A DNA stretch of 64,000 nt, from the NCBI GenBank assembly GCA_051453625.1, contig JBOZIK010000001.1:24924849-24988848 (forward strand), written 5' to 3'. Made by a program: the position numbers and the translations under genes. Shown in pieces: positions 42,687-57,505 of the stretch (its first letter is position 1; each line of letters opens with the position of its first letter). Under the pieces are notes generated by a model. The model was given only the letters and a program-made list of their open reading frames with translations, was not told the DNA's origin and ran no database searches. The DNA comes from Welwitschia mirabilis. Lineage: Eukaryota.

Positions 42687-44220
42687 TGTTCAAAAATCTA
42701 GTTTTGATGATTCCACTTGTTAAACATTTTGTGTCATTATGGAAATAGGTCATTACAGGAATATCAAACCTTGAAAGGGAGTAGAGAATAATGAATCTTC
42801 AAAGACATAATCTTATGAAAACGATCAGATGCTAAACTATAAAATTAATTATTTAAAGATGTTTAACAATTTGAAGATGTCTTGAGTAAATGCGTTTAGA
42901 AAAGTAAAGACATTTTGAATGTACTAAGCTAAAATAGGTAATAGAGGCAATTTAATTATTAACTAATATTATACATTTCAAGTGAGCTATGAACTTGTAC
43001 ATGATAGATTCATGATCTCAAAGGTTCAAGGATACTATAGAGAAAAAATCATCAAAATCTAGATAAGTTGATTGAAGACATCTACAAAAGTGAAGACATC
43101 TAAAGTGTATAAATCTACAAAAGTGAAGATGTCTTAGACCAAAATTCATGTTAATTAAAAGTGAAGATATGCATCTGAAACATAGATATTAACTATCTAT
43201 TGCATAGTATTTATAAAATTAAATGACTACACTTCAAGCTTAAATGGCTAGATCGTCCTCAAGCATATAAAGCCTCGATGTCAAAAATTAAGGGAAAAAA
43301 ACTTTTTTGCACTTCATTAAATCAAAAAATTTACAAATCTTGAAAAGCATAAGTAAAGGAAACCTCTCACAAAGAAAAATAAAGATTCATCAACAAGTTT
43401 CTAGCACTGTTTCATCTCTTAGATTTGGATCTTCATTGCTATCATCTTTTTCATTCATACTTCTGATGGTAATAATAACTTTAGGATCTTAAATATTCAT
43501 TTAAGCAAATATTTAGGTTTTTTATTATATTGCATTTTGACTAAAAATGTTTAACTACCTTATCGTTGAATATTGTTATAGAGTTCATTTCTTGAATATC
43601 ACATATTTTATAAGGTAATCCTTATAGGGGTGTGAATTTATTATTATGATTTTAGGCACTTGTTATATGTAAGGTTATTGGTTAGTTAGAAAATGATTGT
43701 TCCCTTATGGAAAAGAGAGTGCTATCTTATAAGGAAACTCTCACTTATTATAAGGTTTGTGATGTGCTTGGGAAAACCACTATTTTCCTATAAGAAAGAG
43801 AGTGTTTTATTGTGAGGAGACTCTCACTTGTTTTAAGGTTGCTGATGAACCAAAAAAAGACTCTTTTCTTATAGGTCAAGAATAGCTATAGGNNNNNNNN
43901 NNNNNNNNNNNNNNNNNNNNNNNNNNNNNNNNNNNNNNNNNNNNNNNNNNNNNNNNNNNNNNNNNNNNNNNNNNNNNNNNNNNNNNNNNNNNAGAATCTA
44001 ATTTGATATAAGATTATTGGTGCACAAAAATACCACTATTTTCTTGTAAGTCAAGAATATTTGAAGGTGTCAGTAGAACCTACCCTCTATGTATGGATGT
44101 ACTTAGGTTGGAAAACCATGTTATATTGGTAATATTTTTCATTATGCTCTTTTAATATTGTGTTTTATTTTTATTTGGTGAAACTCATTTACTCCTTTCC
44201 TCTGAGTTTAATAATCCTCA
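42687..44220 (+). repeat. Sirevirus 3' LTR (contains a 100-N gap at 43893-43992)
   Basis: TGTTCAAAAATCTAG...AATCCTCA matches 13749-14744 plus 23982-24324. Confidence 0.85.
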
Positions 44221-45899
44221 TATGTGTTTTTCCCTTAGATGATAATAAGACAAATGGAACTGACAATGATAAAATAACTAGAATTTTTTTATTTATATAA
44301 CAAATTACTACTTATTACTATACAGGTGTGGAAGATAACATATAAAAAATAATGAAAGTATTAATAACCATTAGTAAAGAAATTCATGATAGTTAAAGTT
44401 ATTTTGTAAAAATTTTACATAGTTGAAGTAATCATGTAGGATAACTATTAATGATTTACATTTTCTTATTCTTTTCTAACATTGATTAAGATCATTATAG
44501 TGGTCAATAGAAATTTCTAAAGGCAATATATTTGGCTTTGTAAATTTTCTTCTTAATTAAGATCATTGTGGATTGATCCTAAGAAAGATACTTTTTGCAA
44601 AGAATAAATAATTGAATAAGATCCTTATCATGAAATTTATGATCATATGCTAAAATAATAAAATATTTTATTTACTAAAATCATCTAGAGTAGTTTTAAG
44701 TGATTTAGAAAACTTTGAAAGTTAAATTGATAAAGATTGTTATGATCATCTTTAGTGATGGTACAAACTATAAGAGGAAAAAATCAAGATGATCATGTTA
44801 ATGGGTAGATTTGTATGATGCATGCATATCAGTGCATTACTCATTAAATAATTGTTTACAATAGGCATATACCAGCATGCATGATTATAGTAGTTTGATA
44901 ATGGCTATATTGGAATTTACCAAGTCTCAAAATGTTTAAAATGGATATTCAAAAAACAATTATTAATCCCATAAAACATACTCAGAACATATATTGGATC
45001 AAATAATCATAGAAAGTAGCACTCTAAAAATCAAAATTAGCATGTAAATCAAATTAAACTATCACAAAAATCAATAATTTGCATAAATTCTTTAAACTAT
45101 CAAAAAACATTTCTTAGAAATAATATTAATTAGGGATGATTTTTCACATTAAAAATATAAAGGAAAAATATTATACCTATCATGTCATTACTATAATATA
45201 GGTTCTTATTTTGTATCAAGATTTACATGCATGTTTTGATTCTAATTCTTCATTAGATTAGAAAAACATGTAATAAACAAAATATGGATGTGTTTTATAT
45301 TAATATTTAAGATAATAACATGAATAATGTAGATTATTTTAAATGTTCTAAAATTATAATTATTTAATTTAGTAATGTAAAAACAAGTGAAATGCATTGC
45401 AAATAAATTATTCATTAATTTTTATTTTAAAAAAATAATTATATGTGATATTGTAACATGCATAAGTAAATAAAAGTTAACAAATGTTAAGTATTAATAA
45501 TAAAACATGATGGCCTTACTAGAACACTACTTAACTAATGCTAATATCACTTAGAGATTTCTCCACATGGTATTCTAACATAATTTCTCATCTTAGAATA
45601 ACATCCCATAGCTTAAGAGGGACCCCTTGAATGTTCAACAAAATCATCCTGCATTAGATCTCTTCTTTTACCTAATAAATCCTCTAACATTTAATGCTAG
45701 AGTTTTATCTTCATTCTAATATTGAATTCTTTGAGTAATTCTTAAGGATGATAGCCCTCCTAATTCATGTAAATATCACACTATGAATAATAATCAACAT
45801 CAACACCAACACCATCATCATTCAAATCCTTTACCTTTATTATTGGATGCTATGAAATAGTGACTTAAGCTTTGAAGATTACCTTTAAGATTAATATCA

Positions 45900-48420
45900 A
45901 CATTAACCTCTAAATTTGACTTTGGTAGATAATCATCTAATAATAAATCATCATCAACAATAGCATTGGGATAGCTAAATAGAATCTCTAAATCATCTAG
46001 TTCTTCTTCTAATGTGTCCTTAAGTGTAGTACTTCTTAATGATATCGTATAGAGCTAATCAAGAATCCAATCTATTAATGATGAATTAATTAATAATATC
46101 ATCATATTTGATATCAATATTAATTTTTAGTGCCAAATCATCTCTTATTCTTCTTTGTTTTTATTCTATATAAGATCTATGACATAGTTTTCAATTAAAG
46201 CATATATATGTTAGTTTGCTTAATCTACTGTGTTCTAATTTATTATGATTCTTAGAATGTATATGCTCTAAAATACTTAAATTATGTTTATACCTTATAA
46301 TAAATAGATTTATCTCTTATTAATTATCCAAAAAATAAAAAATACAAAAAATAACAAAAAAGAGTAAAGATCAAAATGCCTATTAATCTATGTAACTTGT
46401 TAATTTTTTAAATTTATTATCAAAAGAGAAACACAATTGAGATAGTATACTTCTCATAGCTTGAGATAACTTAAGAGTGTCATAACCATACTTCTCCCAT
46501 TATCTTGCTACAAATACTAAGTTATAAACATGATATGGAAATAAAAATGAAACTATATAATAATAGATATAAAATTCTAAGAAAGTGATAAATCAGGAGA
46601 ATTAAAAAGAATATTGATTTAATTATTGCTAAGATCAAGTGAAAAATAGAAGGAATACTAAGGGCTTATCTAATGCACCTTTCAATACCTTAGGTTGATT
46701 CATCTCATCATTTGTAGCTTGTTAATAAATTGTAAGATGCAAAGTCAACTTCTCTTATAACTTCTTAAATTCCAAATCTAGTAAAACATCACTATCATCA
46801 AATGAGTATATTTTATTAATAACTTATGAATATAACATTATAAATAAATTAACACCATTAAATTATAGTCATTAATCAATAAAAATGTTTATAAATAAGC
46901 TATTACACATTTATACAAACTATGAAAGAACTACAAAATTAAAGATAAGCTAAATCTTTAAAGTTTCAATGTTTCATACCTTTTAAGAAACTATTATAAC
47001 TCTTTTTTATTATTAAGATTATCATAATTTTCCAAATTAATCTTTGGATTTATAAAATATGCCACAATGTTGAAATTAATTTGTAACATTATGACTCATC
47101 TATTCTTAGTGAATCCCTTTATTTTATTTTTCATTTCTTCATATTTCATTTTCTTAATGTTCAATGCACTTGCATTTCATTTTAGTCATAACACCATAAA
47201 CATAACCCATAAATGAATTATCAAAATTCATCAACCTTCATAACTTCATTAACAAATTTAAGAGGTATCAAATTATTAAGTGAAATCACTTTAACATATT
47301 CTCATGATGAAACCATGAAATTATATAATAGAATATTAAAATAAATGTATTCTTTTTTCTCCTTATCTTTAGAATGAGAGAGATCATATACTAGAATATC
47401 TTCTCAACTATCGGTTATAAATATGATCATCAGATATGAATGTTTTACAAAATTATCCCTTAGGAGAACTTTACAAGTAATCTTAAGAAGGAATATCAAA
47501 TTACTAATTGGGATATAGAAATATATGCATCAAATCCTTCTTAAACTTACTGACACTTTGTAATATTATAAAGGATTTAGAAAGTAACACCTAGCATTTC
47601 TAACTATCTATCCTTATGTACTTTTAAAGAAAGGAATAAGTAAAGTCATGTGCATAGATAGACTTGCAAATATATTTTGATTATCTAATGACATGCAATA
47701 ATATCAATAAGCAATTATCATAAAGTGGATATTAAATGAATGTAATGAAAACATGCAATAAAAAAGGATGAAGGAAATAATATTAAAATGAATTTTCAAA
47801 AGTGTTAATTTCTTAAATCTTAATGAAAATTTAACTTATAGTCTTAATCTAAGGAAAGGTATCTATGTCCTCAATCAATAAGTTCAATAAATGGGTGTAT
47901 GATTAGTTTGATCTAATACTCAAGCATGGTGAAAATAATACAAGCATATGTTAGTACTATTGTGTAATTGACCTACTTACATAATCAACCCAAACGAAAA
48001 CTAACATATGTAAGAATAAATTGTTTGAAGTTTTTTCCCAATTAAAAGCAATGCAACTATAATATCAGTAGTAATTAGTGAATTTAACAAAAAATGTAAT
48101 GCTTTAAATTACTAAATTAATTTTATGAAAATGAAATTAAAATTAAATACAAGATTATTTCTTATTATCTTGAACATGTACCTATGTAACATTGCCTAGA
48201 TCAACTTGTCGAATGATATCCTTATAGAAATTAAACATGAAGTATGCATCCTTAACTTTACTAGATGTATTAATGGACTTGATGAACATGATACCTTTCT
48301 TAGAGCTAACAAAAATTTAACTAAAAAAAATTTAATGAGATATATTCCTCTATGATCAATTCATAGATCCATGATCATTAAATAACCAATTTTTATACTA
48401 ATAAATTGATTGTCTATCAT
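45900..48420 (-). pseudogene. hAT-superfamily transposase pseudogene (DUF659-type plus C-terminal dimerisation domain)
   Basis: Minus-strand motifs appear in the expected order: KGIMFIKSINTS (about 48270-48300), LNLLIEDI (about 47870), FMGYVYG (about 47200), VAYFINP (about 47050), WEKYGYDTLKL (about 46480) and NLSILEHIHSKNHNKLEHSRLSKLTY (about 46200-46290; compare ERNWSTFEHIHSKKRNRLEH). I did not identify TIRs. Confidence 0.85.
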
Positions 48421-49779
48421 ATGTTATGTAATTCTATTACATAAATTTTCCAATAAGGATGTGCAAAGTTAATAATAAAAAGTAGATAGCTACTCAACAC
48501 TAGTAATATGATGTTGATGTCATGACTATATTATTAGTACACTATTATACATAATATAAAACCTAATAAAACAAAACATACATGAGAAAGCAAGAGAATG
48601 ATACACATTTATTAATTTATAGTTAATGATATGATGACATCTATAAGTCTTTACTTAACTTAATGATGTAATCAATAATCTCTAGAAATTCTAAAGTACT
48701 AAAGGCTTAGAAAGGAATCATAATATCATATAAAAGTTTGGTTAAGCATGATCATAAGACATCATGTCTTTATTTGTTAAAATTCATGCTAAGTAAGGTA
48801 TCTTACCTAATGGAATTAGTATTGGAAATATGAGTAATAGCAATATATGAACTTGAAGCTTTTTCCTTTTGAAAGATAAGCCATAATAACAATTGAAATT
48901 AGTAAAAGAAGGAGACATGCATGAAATATAGTTTGAAAAGAGCCTTAACTAATACTAGAGCTTCCTCTCTTAATGGATGTCATAGTCTTCTATGTTTATA
49001 ATTTCAAATTTAAAGTAATTCAATGAGATTTTTCATTACATATTAAATAAATTTCCAAGAAGTATGTTTAAAACAAAAATTAATTTCTAATTGAAACTTT
49101 ACCTTCTTCACCTTACCCATTATAGTTAATTATGTTAAATATTTTAGTTTTACTAACTTAAAGCTAGATCCATTATGTGCATGAATGATTTTACTTGTTT
49201 TAGAAAGATCAAATTTTTCTCTAATTCCAACTGTGGAAATGAAATTTGAGTTATAAAATTTATTTAAAAATATTTTTAATTATTAAGATATCTAAAAAGA
49301 TCAAACAATATCAACCTTCTGAGAAATCATAATTCCTAATAAATTGCAAAAAATAAAATTATTAATTCATTAAATCACTAGAGTTTTAAAAACATGGGGC
49401 ATGAGGTTAAAAATATGATTATGGGTTGTAAATTACAAATATTCTATATAGTGTAACACAAAATACATTTCCAAGAGTATTCTCATATAAAACTATATCA
49501 AAGAATTAAATAGAGCTCATTTACTCTTATAATTTTAATTTTAGAAAGGAAACATAGAGTATTATATTTCAAAAAAGTTGAGTATAAGCAGCTTTAAATA
49601 GATTAATTTTTAATTCATAAAATGTTATCTAATCTTATAAGTTGAATTTTATCATCTATTATTTATATCAATTAAAAACCTAATTGTTTAGATTTGGAAT
49701 TTATATGATTTCATTTCCCTAATATCAAAAAATTAAAAGAAAATCATTACCTATGAAATTTATGAAAGAGACTAACATG

Positions 49780-52760
49780 CTAATCATGAGTTTAGGAAAT
49801 ATTTGATGTTATGTTTTGAGAGAAGTATTTATGTCCAATTCATGGATCTTCCATCCTTTTTATCCTACTAAATCAATTATTGTTTTGATGGTAGCCTATT
49901 TTTCTATTGTTATAATCAAGTCCTTTCTCTTATCATAGGCCTATAACAATAAGCTGAGCTTTATATCTCTCAAGGGTATTATCTGCATCATACTTGGTAT
50001 GAAAAATACATTTATTAGATAACATAGTGTATCCTAATGGAAGATTAACCAACTTTCAACTATCATTTTCAACAAGTCTATTATACTCTTCTTTCATGGT
50101 TTTGATATAATGATCATGTTAAATGATATATTCAAATGATGCTAACTTATCATTAAAAGTTAAATAAGTCTCATCATCATCCTCAACAAATACATGTAAG
50201 CTTTATCTAGTTCTAATTTTTCCCTTCTCATCATCAGGAAGATCTTGTAGAGTAGAGTCTTAGTGCTTTATCTTTATCTTTTGGCACTATTAGCATTCTT
50301 GATAGGACTTTCTAATGAGTTGATACTAAAAACATGTTCATAAGACATATGTAAGTAAAATTTCTCAATTCTTATAGGTTGCACAATAGTGGATACATCC
50401 TTCTCCTCCCCTACCCCCTCTCCCTTTTTTCCTTCTCAGCTATAAGATACTAAGCATCAAATATGTTATTAGGTATGAAGAAGAATGTATCTTAAAAGAA
50501 TCAAACTAAGAACCATTCTGTACTATTTTTGGAAAGATGACATTATGATTTTTTGATGCATAGGAAGGTTCACATGATATCCCTTTTGGATTAATGAATA
50601 ACCAACAAATATATCAATGGGAGTACGTGCACCAAGCTTATCACAATTTTTACAATAGATATGGATATAGAATTTGAAGCCTAACACATGAAGATGTCAT
50701 AGAGTTAGGTTGTAACCATATCAGGTTTTAGTAGAAGAGATACCATTTTTAGAATAATGTCCAATGTAATTATTAAGATTCATCTCAGTACTCACAGTTT
50801 CATCCTAGAGATAGGTTTTACAACCATAGAAATACATCATATATCATATCATATCCATGATGGTTTTGTTCAATCATTTAATAATGCCATTTTTTGGTGT
50901 TCTTAGGCAAGTATTTAGATGTTGAATTCCTTATAAAGAAAGATATTTCTTGAATTCTATAGATGTGTGTTCACCATCATTATCAAAGTGGAAAACTTTT
51001 ATCTTACATTCTAATTCATTTTCCACTATTTACTTGAAAATTTTAAAGTTTTATAAACCATGAGACTCAAAGTCATAAAGTACATCTAAGACATTTACAA
51101 GTAGTCATCAATGAATCAAATAGAATAATGAAATCCTTGAAGTATAAGCACTAATATTAGACCATATAGAGCACTGTGAATAATCAAAAGTTTAGGATTA
51201 ATATAGAATTTTCTTAGTGCAAAATGCTATTGAGTTGATTTATCCATTATATATGCTTTACACTATGGAAAAAATCTTGTGGAATGAATAAAATAAGTTG
51301 ATGATTATTCTTACACATTGCATTCAATATATAACTAGTAGGATGTTCTAATCAAGCATGCCATAGTAGAGAGGGGGAAATGTCATCTTATGAAATAATG
51401 CATGCAACCTCTAGCATGTTAAAACAGCCTTGAAAAGATATAATATTTTCATCCATATAGCCCTTCATGATAAGATTTTGATTATTATCGTAAATATCAA
51501 TTTATCTATTTGCCATAGAAATAGAATGGTCTTCTTGCATGAAGATTATAAGAAAAAGAAGATAAGACCTTAAAGAGGGAACATAAAATATTTGATATAA
51601 TTTGTAGAGAAAGAGATGTTAAGTGTAACCAAATCATATCCTTCTATTAAAACTGGAGTTCTATCTACTAAATAGACTTTATTAGGCACTTCAACATAAT
51701 CATCTCTTTTGTAAGTTATATACCTAGTGGCATTACTGTTGAGAATTCATATCTTATCAATAGGTAGATGCTTACTCATATATACAAAATCATAACATTA
51801 AAAGAAAACATTGGATTTATGGAATTTAGTATTTTTGGGAAAAATAAAATTCTTAGTGACTATATTAGTTTTAGGTATAGATTTGATCTTCTTTCAAGGT
51901 ATTCTACAGAAGTTGATGATGTGACCTTTTCTTATATAATAAAGAATTAACACTTGTTCTTATTAGAACTATTATTACTCTAAGTTGATTTATTATTTTA
52001 TTGAGTTTGATGACATTGATGTGTAGGATCTAAATATTTCTTTTGAATAGTCTAATTCTTACCATTCTACTTATCTTTAGAAAAAATGAATTTGCTCAAA
52101 GACCATTTATGTTGTCAAGGTTTATCATGAGAATCAAAACTTTGAAAGTAGTATCACAGGATGAAAAGCATATGAAGTTAAATTAAACTTTGAGATAATG
52201 AGATATTTATTAAGTGTGTCAAATTTTATTTGAGAAAGTTACTTACTTTTATGTGATGAGATAATGTAGTTGCACAAGAATTGATACTCTAAACAAAATA
52301 TAATCAAGTTAATATAATAGATATAAACTTGATTTTGCAAGTCAATCTTAGCTACTTTTTCCTTAATGTATATCATTTGTATAATTAATTATCTTATCGT
52401 TTCGTTATAATAATGTAAATTATTCATTATGGCTATGAGATTAATGAGTTCCAAGTCATTTTTTATATAAAATATGTCATGCAAACTATAAAAGTTCCTA
52501 TAGAAAGATTGATTTTTATTACCCAACTTTTTGTATTGAAAATCTACTAATTCATTCATAATATTGGTCAATTTGAGATTAATAGCTCTCTACAAATATT
52601 CTTTGTCTTAGTTCTAAACAGTCATGTGAATTCTCTTAAAGAAATCCTTGTTAAAACTATAAATATCCATACTTGACATAAAAATCCTCATGCTAATCCC
52701 CCCATAACTAAACATTCCAAATAATGACTCTGATGTTGCTCATAACTGTAATTATCAAAC
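49780..52760 (-). pseudogene. Degenerate Ty1/copia polyprotein (gag-PR-INT-partial RT)
   Basis: *ILNSNATR (protease, about 51730), LWHA*LEHP (about 51350), IIHSALYG...FIDDY (integrase, about 51100-51180), IFVGYSLIQKGY (about 50590), MKEEYNRLVENDS*KLVNLP, LERYKAQLI and WKIHELDI (RT, about 49830-50100). The order is copia-type. No LTR pair was defined. Confidence 0.88.
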
Positions 52761-55700
52761 TTAGTGTGAATGAGTCAGATAGCATTTGAAAATTACCCTT
52801 TGAGTTTTTCATGATTAATAAAATTGGAAGAGGAGATGAAAAGTTGTAAGTTATAGTCAATTTTCGGGAGGATCTTGCTCACATCCACAAACAAATAATG
52901 GGTCTATCCATCATACAAAACAATTGTCAACTAGAGAAGAGAAAGAACTAATAAAGGACAAAATGATATAATTGATTTGATAAGGGATTTTTTAGTCATT
53001 CACAAATTCAAATAATCTATCTAAGTTAGAATGACATAACAAAGTGTTAAAAAAGAATCATGATAGAAAGGTTTAGTTAATTTAAAAAGATTATTACTCA
53101 TATCTACAAGTTGAATGATCTTTTCAATTTATAAGACATGATAAATACCAATGGAAAATCCTAAAAATCCCATAAATAAAATGCCTACTCATGCGAAGAA
53201 TAGAAAAAGAATAAAGTAATCTATTAATGTTTCTTATGTGAGCATAGTAGATGTTTATACAAGAGGTTTAAATTTAATATTAGGTGATGAAATGAAACTT
53301 TGTTAATTTTAAGACTTGCTTCTAATTTGAGTAGTAATAACATCCTCTGTAAGGTTGAAACCATTATCTTCAAACATAGTAAAAAGTATAGTATCAGTAT
53401 CATTTGGTATCTAAGTCATTAGCCAATTTTAGTTACCTTAGCTATACATCCCACTTAGGGGAAATTATGATGTGATGTTAATGATCTACTTATAACTTAG
53501 AATCAGTAAATTTTAAGTTTTCTTTATACTTACGCATCCTTATTAATTTAACAACAAAATCTAAGTAGACCCTTCCATTGTGCCTCTGGGATTCATCCAA
53601 TACACTCTTACTTATCAAGGCATATACAAGAATCTAGACCTCGGGATGCCTAGGGTGTTTCTACTTAATAGAGGCATGAATCTCTATATGATCTAAGCTA
53701 TATAGTTATGGTAGTTAAAAATACATAATAGGCTCAAAAGATAACATACATGACACAGATCGATGCCTATGTAAGGATTTCTATGCTTGTCACTAACTAA
53801 GATTTATTACTGATTAAAACATTAATTGTTTAAGAGTAAATGTGATACCCTTTATTTCCTTATTCTAAATTAGCACTATATCCCTTCCCCCTCTTTTTCT
53901 ATTTCTTCCTTTTTTAATATTATTACCTAATAGACATAGAAAAACCTAGAATAAAATTTTATGTATTTATGTATTAGCATTTTTATATTCTAAGAAAAAT
54001 AAATCATGTTAAGATTATATATTTACCTATAATTAATTTCTAGATTATTTTGGTTTATAAACAATAGCGATATCATAAGTTTGTGCTATCCATTTATTCC
54101 TAGTTTTTCATCATATAAAAGATATCTTATAAATAGTTGAGGAAATGTAAACTTGTTATAAACATATATAGATAAGTTTAATAATAATACCTAACTAATA
54201 TAATAGGAGGTTGTAACTCTAATTAATGATATTCCAACTTGATATCTGATCATTATCTAGATGTGATCTGGTTTTACTTTAAGTTCTAAATTATACAAAT
54301 GTGGTTTAACTTAATTTTATAGGCTTTCAATTTAGTTTAATATATACCCCTAATATATGTGATAGGGAGTACATGATATGGATGCATGCTTACAAATGAC
54401 CCCCCCTTCTTTGAAGCATCTTTGGATGATGTAACATGATACATCGATGCTAAGGACTTGAGATATTAAGTTGGACTAAGTTCATACATGGATAGGATAG
54501 GAGAGTAGTGATCAAATCCACTTCTATAATGCAATCCACCTTGGTGATGAAATTCAAGTGTGGGGATGAACATTATTAAAATATCTTGATTTAGTCGTGT
54601 TCAATAAATACACCATACAAATGCATGCATACAATTCTAACTAATGTGGATATTTAATAGATTATTTATCTATTTATAATAATTTTAATCATCAATAGGT
54701 TTATTTTATAAAAACAACCATAAAAGAAAACAAGAATATAAGAACATCTTAATATTCAAGATTATAATAATGAAAATCTAGATAAAGGAAATATTGTTTT
54801 TCTTTTCTATCTAGATAAAGGAAATATCATTTTCTTTTTTATTTGAATAATAATAAAAATATTTAAACTATATCAAATCACATCTTAATAATGTATGTAA
54901 AGAAACTAAAACATACCTAGAGATATGCCAATCCTAGAAACATTCTTCCATGATCATATGACAATCTCATGAATTGGTGAAAAGAATGTTAACAAAAGAT
55001 TATAGCTCAATAATAATGGTTAAGATATAAATATTTATCCAAAATTCACATGGATATATTATAAGTCAATAAAAAAAGTGATAATCCAAATACTATTTAT
55101 ATTACTTAAAATACAAAGGTAAAAACTCTTACAAGCATATACATTCAAAGTAAGATAAAGGAAAAAGGTAAAAGAGGTATTTAATAATTAATTAATTATG
55201 AAGCAAAAAATAAATTGTAGTAGTTTTTCAGAGAATAGACACATAATAAGATTTTTCAAATCTAACTTAAACTATCTTGGAATTCTAACAATATTATTTA
55301 TAAGGTTATCATTTAAGGTTAAAAACTATCAAATTTTCTAAAATTATAGTCTTACTACACAATACTAAAATGATTAAAACATTTAAAATACTTTGAGTTT
55401 TTAAATGATTCAAGATGTTTTGAAAAGCTTATTTAATTTCTTACAATTTAGTATGCTAAAGTTTATAGATATTGTAACCGTTAGTTATAAAAACATAAAT
55501 TACTTGCTTAATATTTTTTGTATCTATTTTCTAACATATTTTAATAAATAAATTTTTTTAAAAGTAATTTCCTATCATAAAAATTAATTATTTTTACATC
55601 ATGTTCATAGAATTATCCTATACATTAAAAAAGAATTCAATAATTTATAGCTACTAATTATTAAGCTATGGTGTTTTTATCCTATGACTCTATTTTGGAA

Positions 55701-57189
55701 ATTTAACTTTANNNNNNNNNNNNNNNNNNNNNNNNNNNNNNNNNNNNNNNNNNNNNNNNNNNNNNNNNNNNNNNNNNNNNNNNNNNNNNNNNNNNNNNNN
55801 NNNNNNNNNNNNNNNNNNNNNNNNNNNNNNNNNNNNNNNNNNNNNNNNNNNNNNNNNNNNNNNNNNNNNNNNNNNNNNNNNNNNNNNNNNNNNNNNNNNN
55901 NNNNNNNNNNNNNNNNNNNNNNNNNNNNNNNNNNNNNNNNTCCTAATAAGATTTAGCTAATGTATAATAGATAAGAATATAATATTAAAATAAACACGTT
56001 TATCTAAAGTTCTTTTTTTTAGTAGTAAAACCCCTAGTCACATGGCCATAATCATCTATGAGTAACCTTCATTAACAACCACAAGAGATCCCTTATATCT
56101 CCCTGATATCTTGGTAAGTACTAATGGGAGGAAATAATGTTTTATGACATCTTTATATACAAACTATAAATGATTTCCTAATGCAATATCACATCATTCC
56201 ACTAGAATCTTATTTAGAGATCATAGAAATAATAAGGTAAATCTCTTACTTGGGAAGATTAGTAAGTCTTTGATAGTTAAATATTGATGAAGATCTAAGA
56301 TCAAGAGTTTCTTAGATCCAAGCTTTTAAGATTCAAGCACAAGAAGTAGTAGAATTAAAGAAAGAGAGAGGCAAAAAGGAATGCACTTATATCAAAGAAA
56401 TGAAAAATGGAAAGTATCTTCTTTTACAAGAGATGAAAGGATCTCAATATGTTAATAAATGAAGGCACATAGCTCAAGATCACAAGATCACATGATTTAA
56501 CATTGGTAACTGGGGTGAGTAATAAATAACATTGGAGTACAAAAAGAGATTATATATATGACTCATGCACCTAAATAGGATGAGTAATATTCTTGCTTTA
56601 ATTAGCAATATTAATTACATGCATCATTTCTTCATGCTAGTTGCTTTTTAATCCTNNNNNNNNNNNNNNNNNNNNNNNNNNNNNNNNNNNNNNNNNNNNN
56701 NNNNNNNNNNNNNNNNNNNNNNNNNNNNNNNNNTGGCATAATGAGACAAACTCTTCAAGTCCAATAAATAAAACAATGAGTGTATTATGAAACAAATTCC
56801 CTTACACATCTCAAGAACATAAAAGTTATGATAGAGTAAATCTACTCATTTATCATTTTTGGTGCTAGGTAAGAGTGCATGTACTTGTTCAAATGCTTAT
56901 TAATTTCAAAATGCATAAAATCTATTAATCACATAACACAAGGGTAAAAATGTTTATTCATAATATAGTATACCTATCACATTTACTAAGAATTTAAATG
57001 AGTAAATAAGATGAAAAATATTATTATGTCCTCTTGAAATTTCAACTTTATTAGTTTTATTATGTGATTTTAATTTCTCACATAATGGAATTATCTAATT
57101 TAAATGTTTGGATAGCTTTTCTTATAAAAACCTTTTAATATAGCTTTTATCATTTTCATGGTAAATTATGAAAATTACAAACTAAGGTT

Positions 57190-57505
57190 CACTACAAGAA
57201 ATATGGGATTTTAAGGTGTTTCTAAAAGCTCTTAAAAAATGTCTTAAAAGCTTTTAAGGTGTTTCTTCATAAAATGCCTTAAAAAAATTTGCCTTAAAAG
57301 CCTGCATGCTTTTAAGATGTTTCTAAGGCATTTTTTTAAAAAAACGCCTCAAAACATTTTGAGGATTTTTTTTTTTTGAAAGAAATACCTCAAAAGCCTT
57401 TTGAGGTATTTTTTTGAAGAAACATCTCAAAAGACATTTGANNNNNNNNNNNNNNNNNNNNNNNNNNNNNNNNNNNNNNNNNNTTTACAAAATAAACACC
57501 TCAAC
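57190..57505 (+). mobile_element. CACTA (En/Spm) transposon terminus with subterminal repeats
   Basis: CACTACAAGAAA at 57190 is followed by many direct and inverted copies of AAACGCCTCAAAA / TTTTGAGG..TTT and decayed variants. The partner TIR was not seen in the window. Confidence 0.88.

Larger units (their letters stand above)
13749..44220 (+). mobile_element. Sirevirus (SIRE)-like Ty1/copia LTR retrotransposon, apparently pol-less, hosting two nested gypsy insertions
   Basis: LTRs start TGTT..AAAATCTAGTTTTGATGATT at 13749 and 42687. There is a Met-type PBS remnant at 24327, a copia gag, an env-like ORF, and a PPT junction CATCATCAAAAAGGGCGATAT|TG resembling the Sirevirus CATCATCAAAAAGGGGGAGAT|TG motif. 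Confidence 0.8.

Noticed and set aside
53395..54585. PBS-like TGGTATCTAAGTC at 53405 and PPT-like AAGTGTGGGGA near 54556
   Set aside because: I could not establish a matching LTR pair or coding remnant.
55985..56030. TTTTTTTTAGTAGTA resembling a CACTA right end
   Set aside because: It has an imperfect terminus, no visible subterminal array or partner, and lies upstream of the 57190 terminus, so it cannot close that element.
57205..57505. Short repeats that superficially resemble a CRISPR array
   Set aside because: They occur in both orientations, lack unique spacers and sit beside a CACTA TIR, so they are subterminal repeats.
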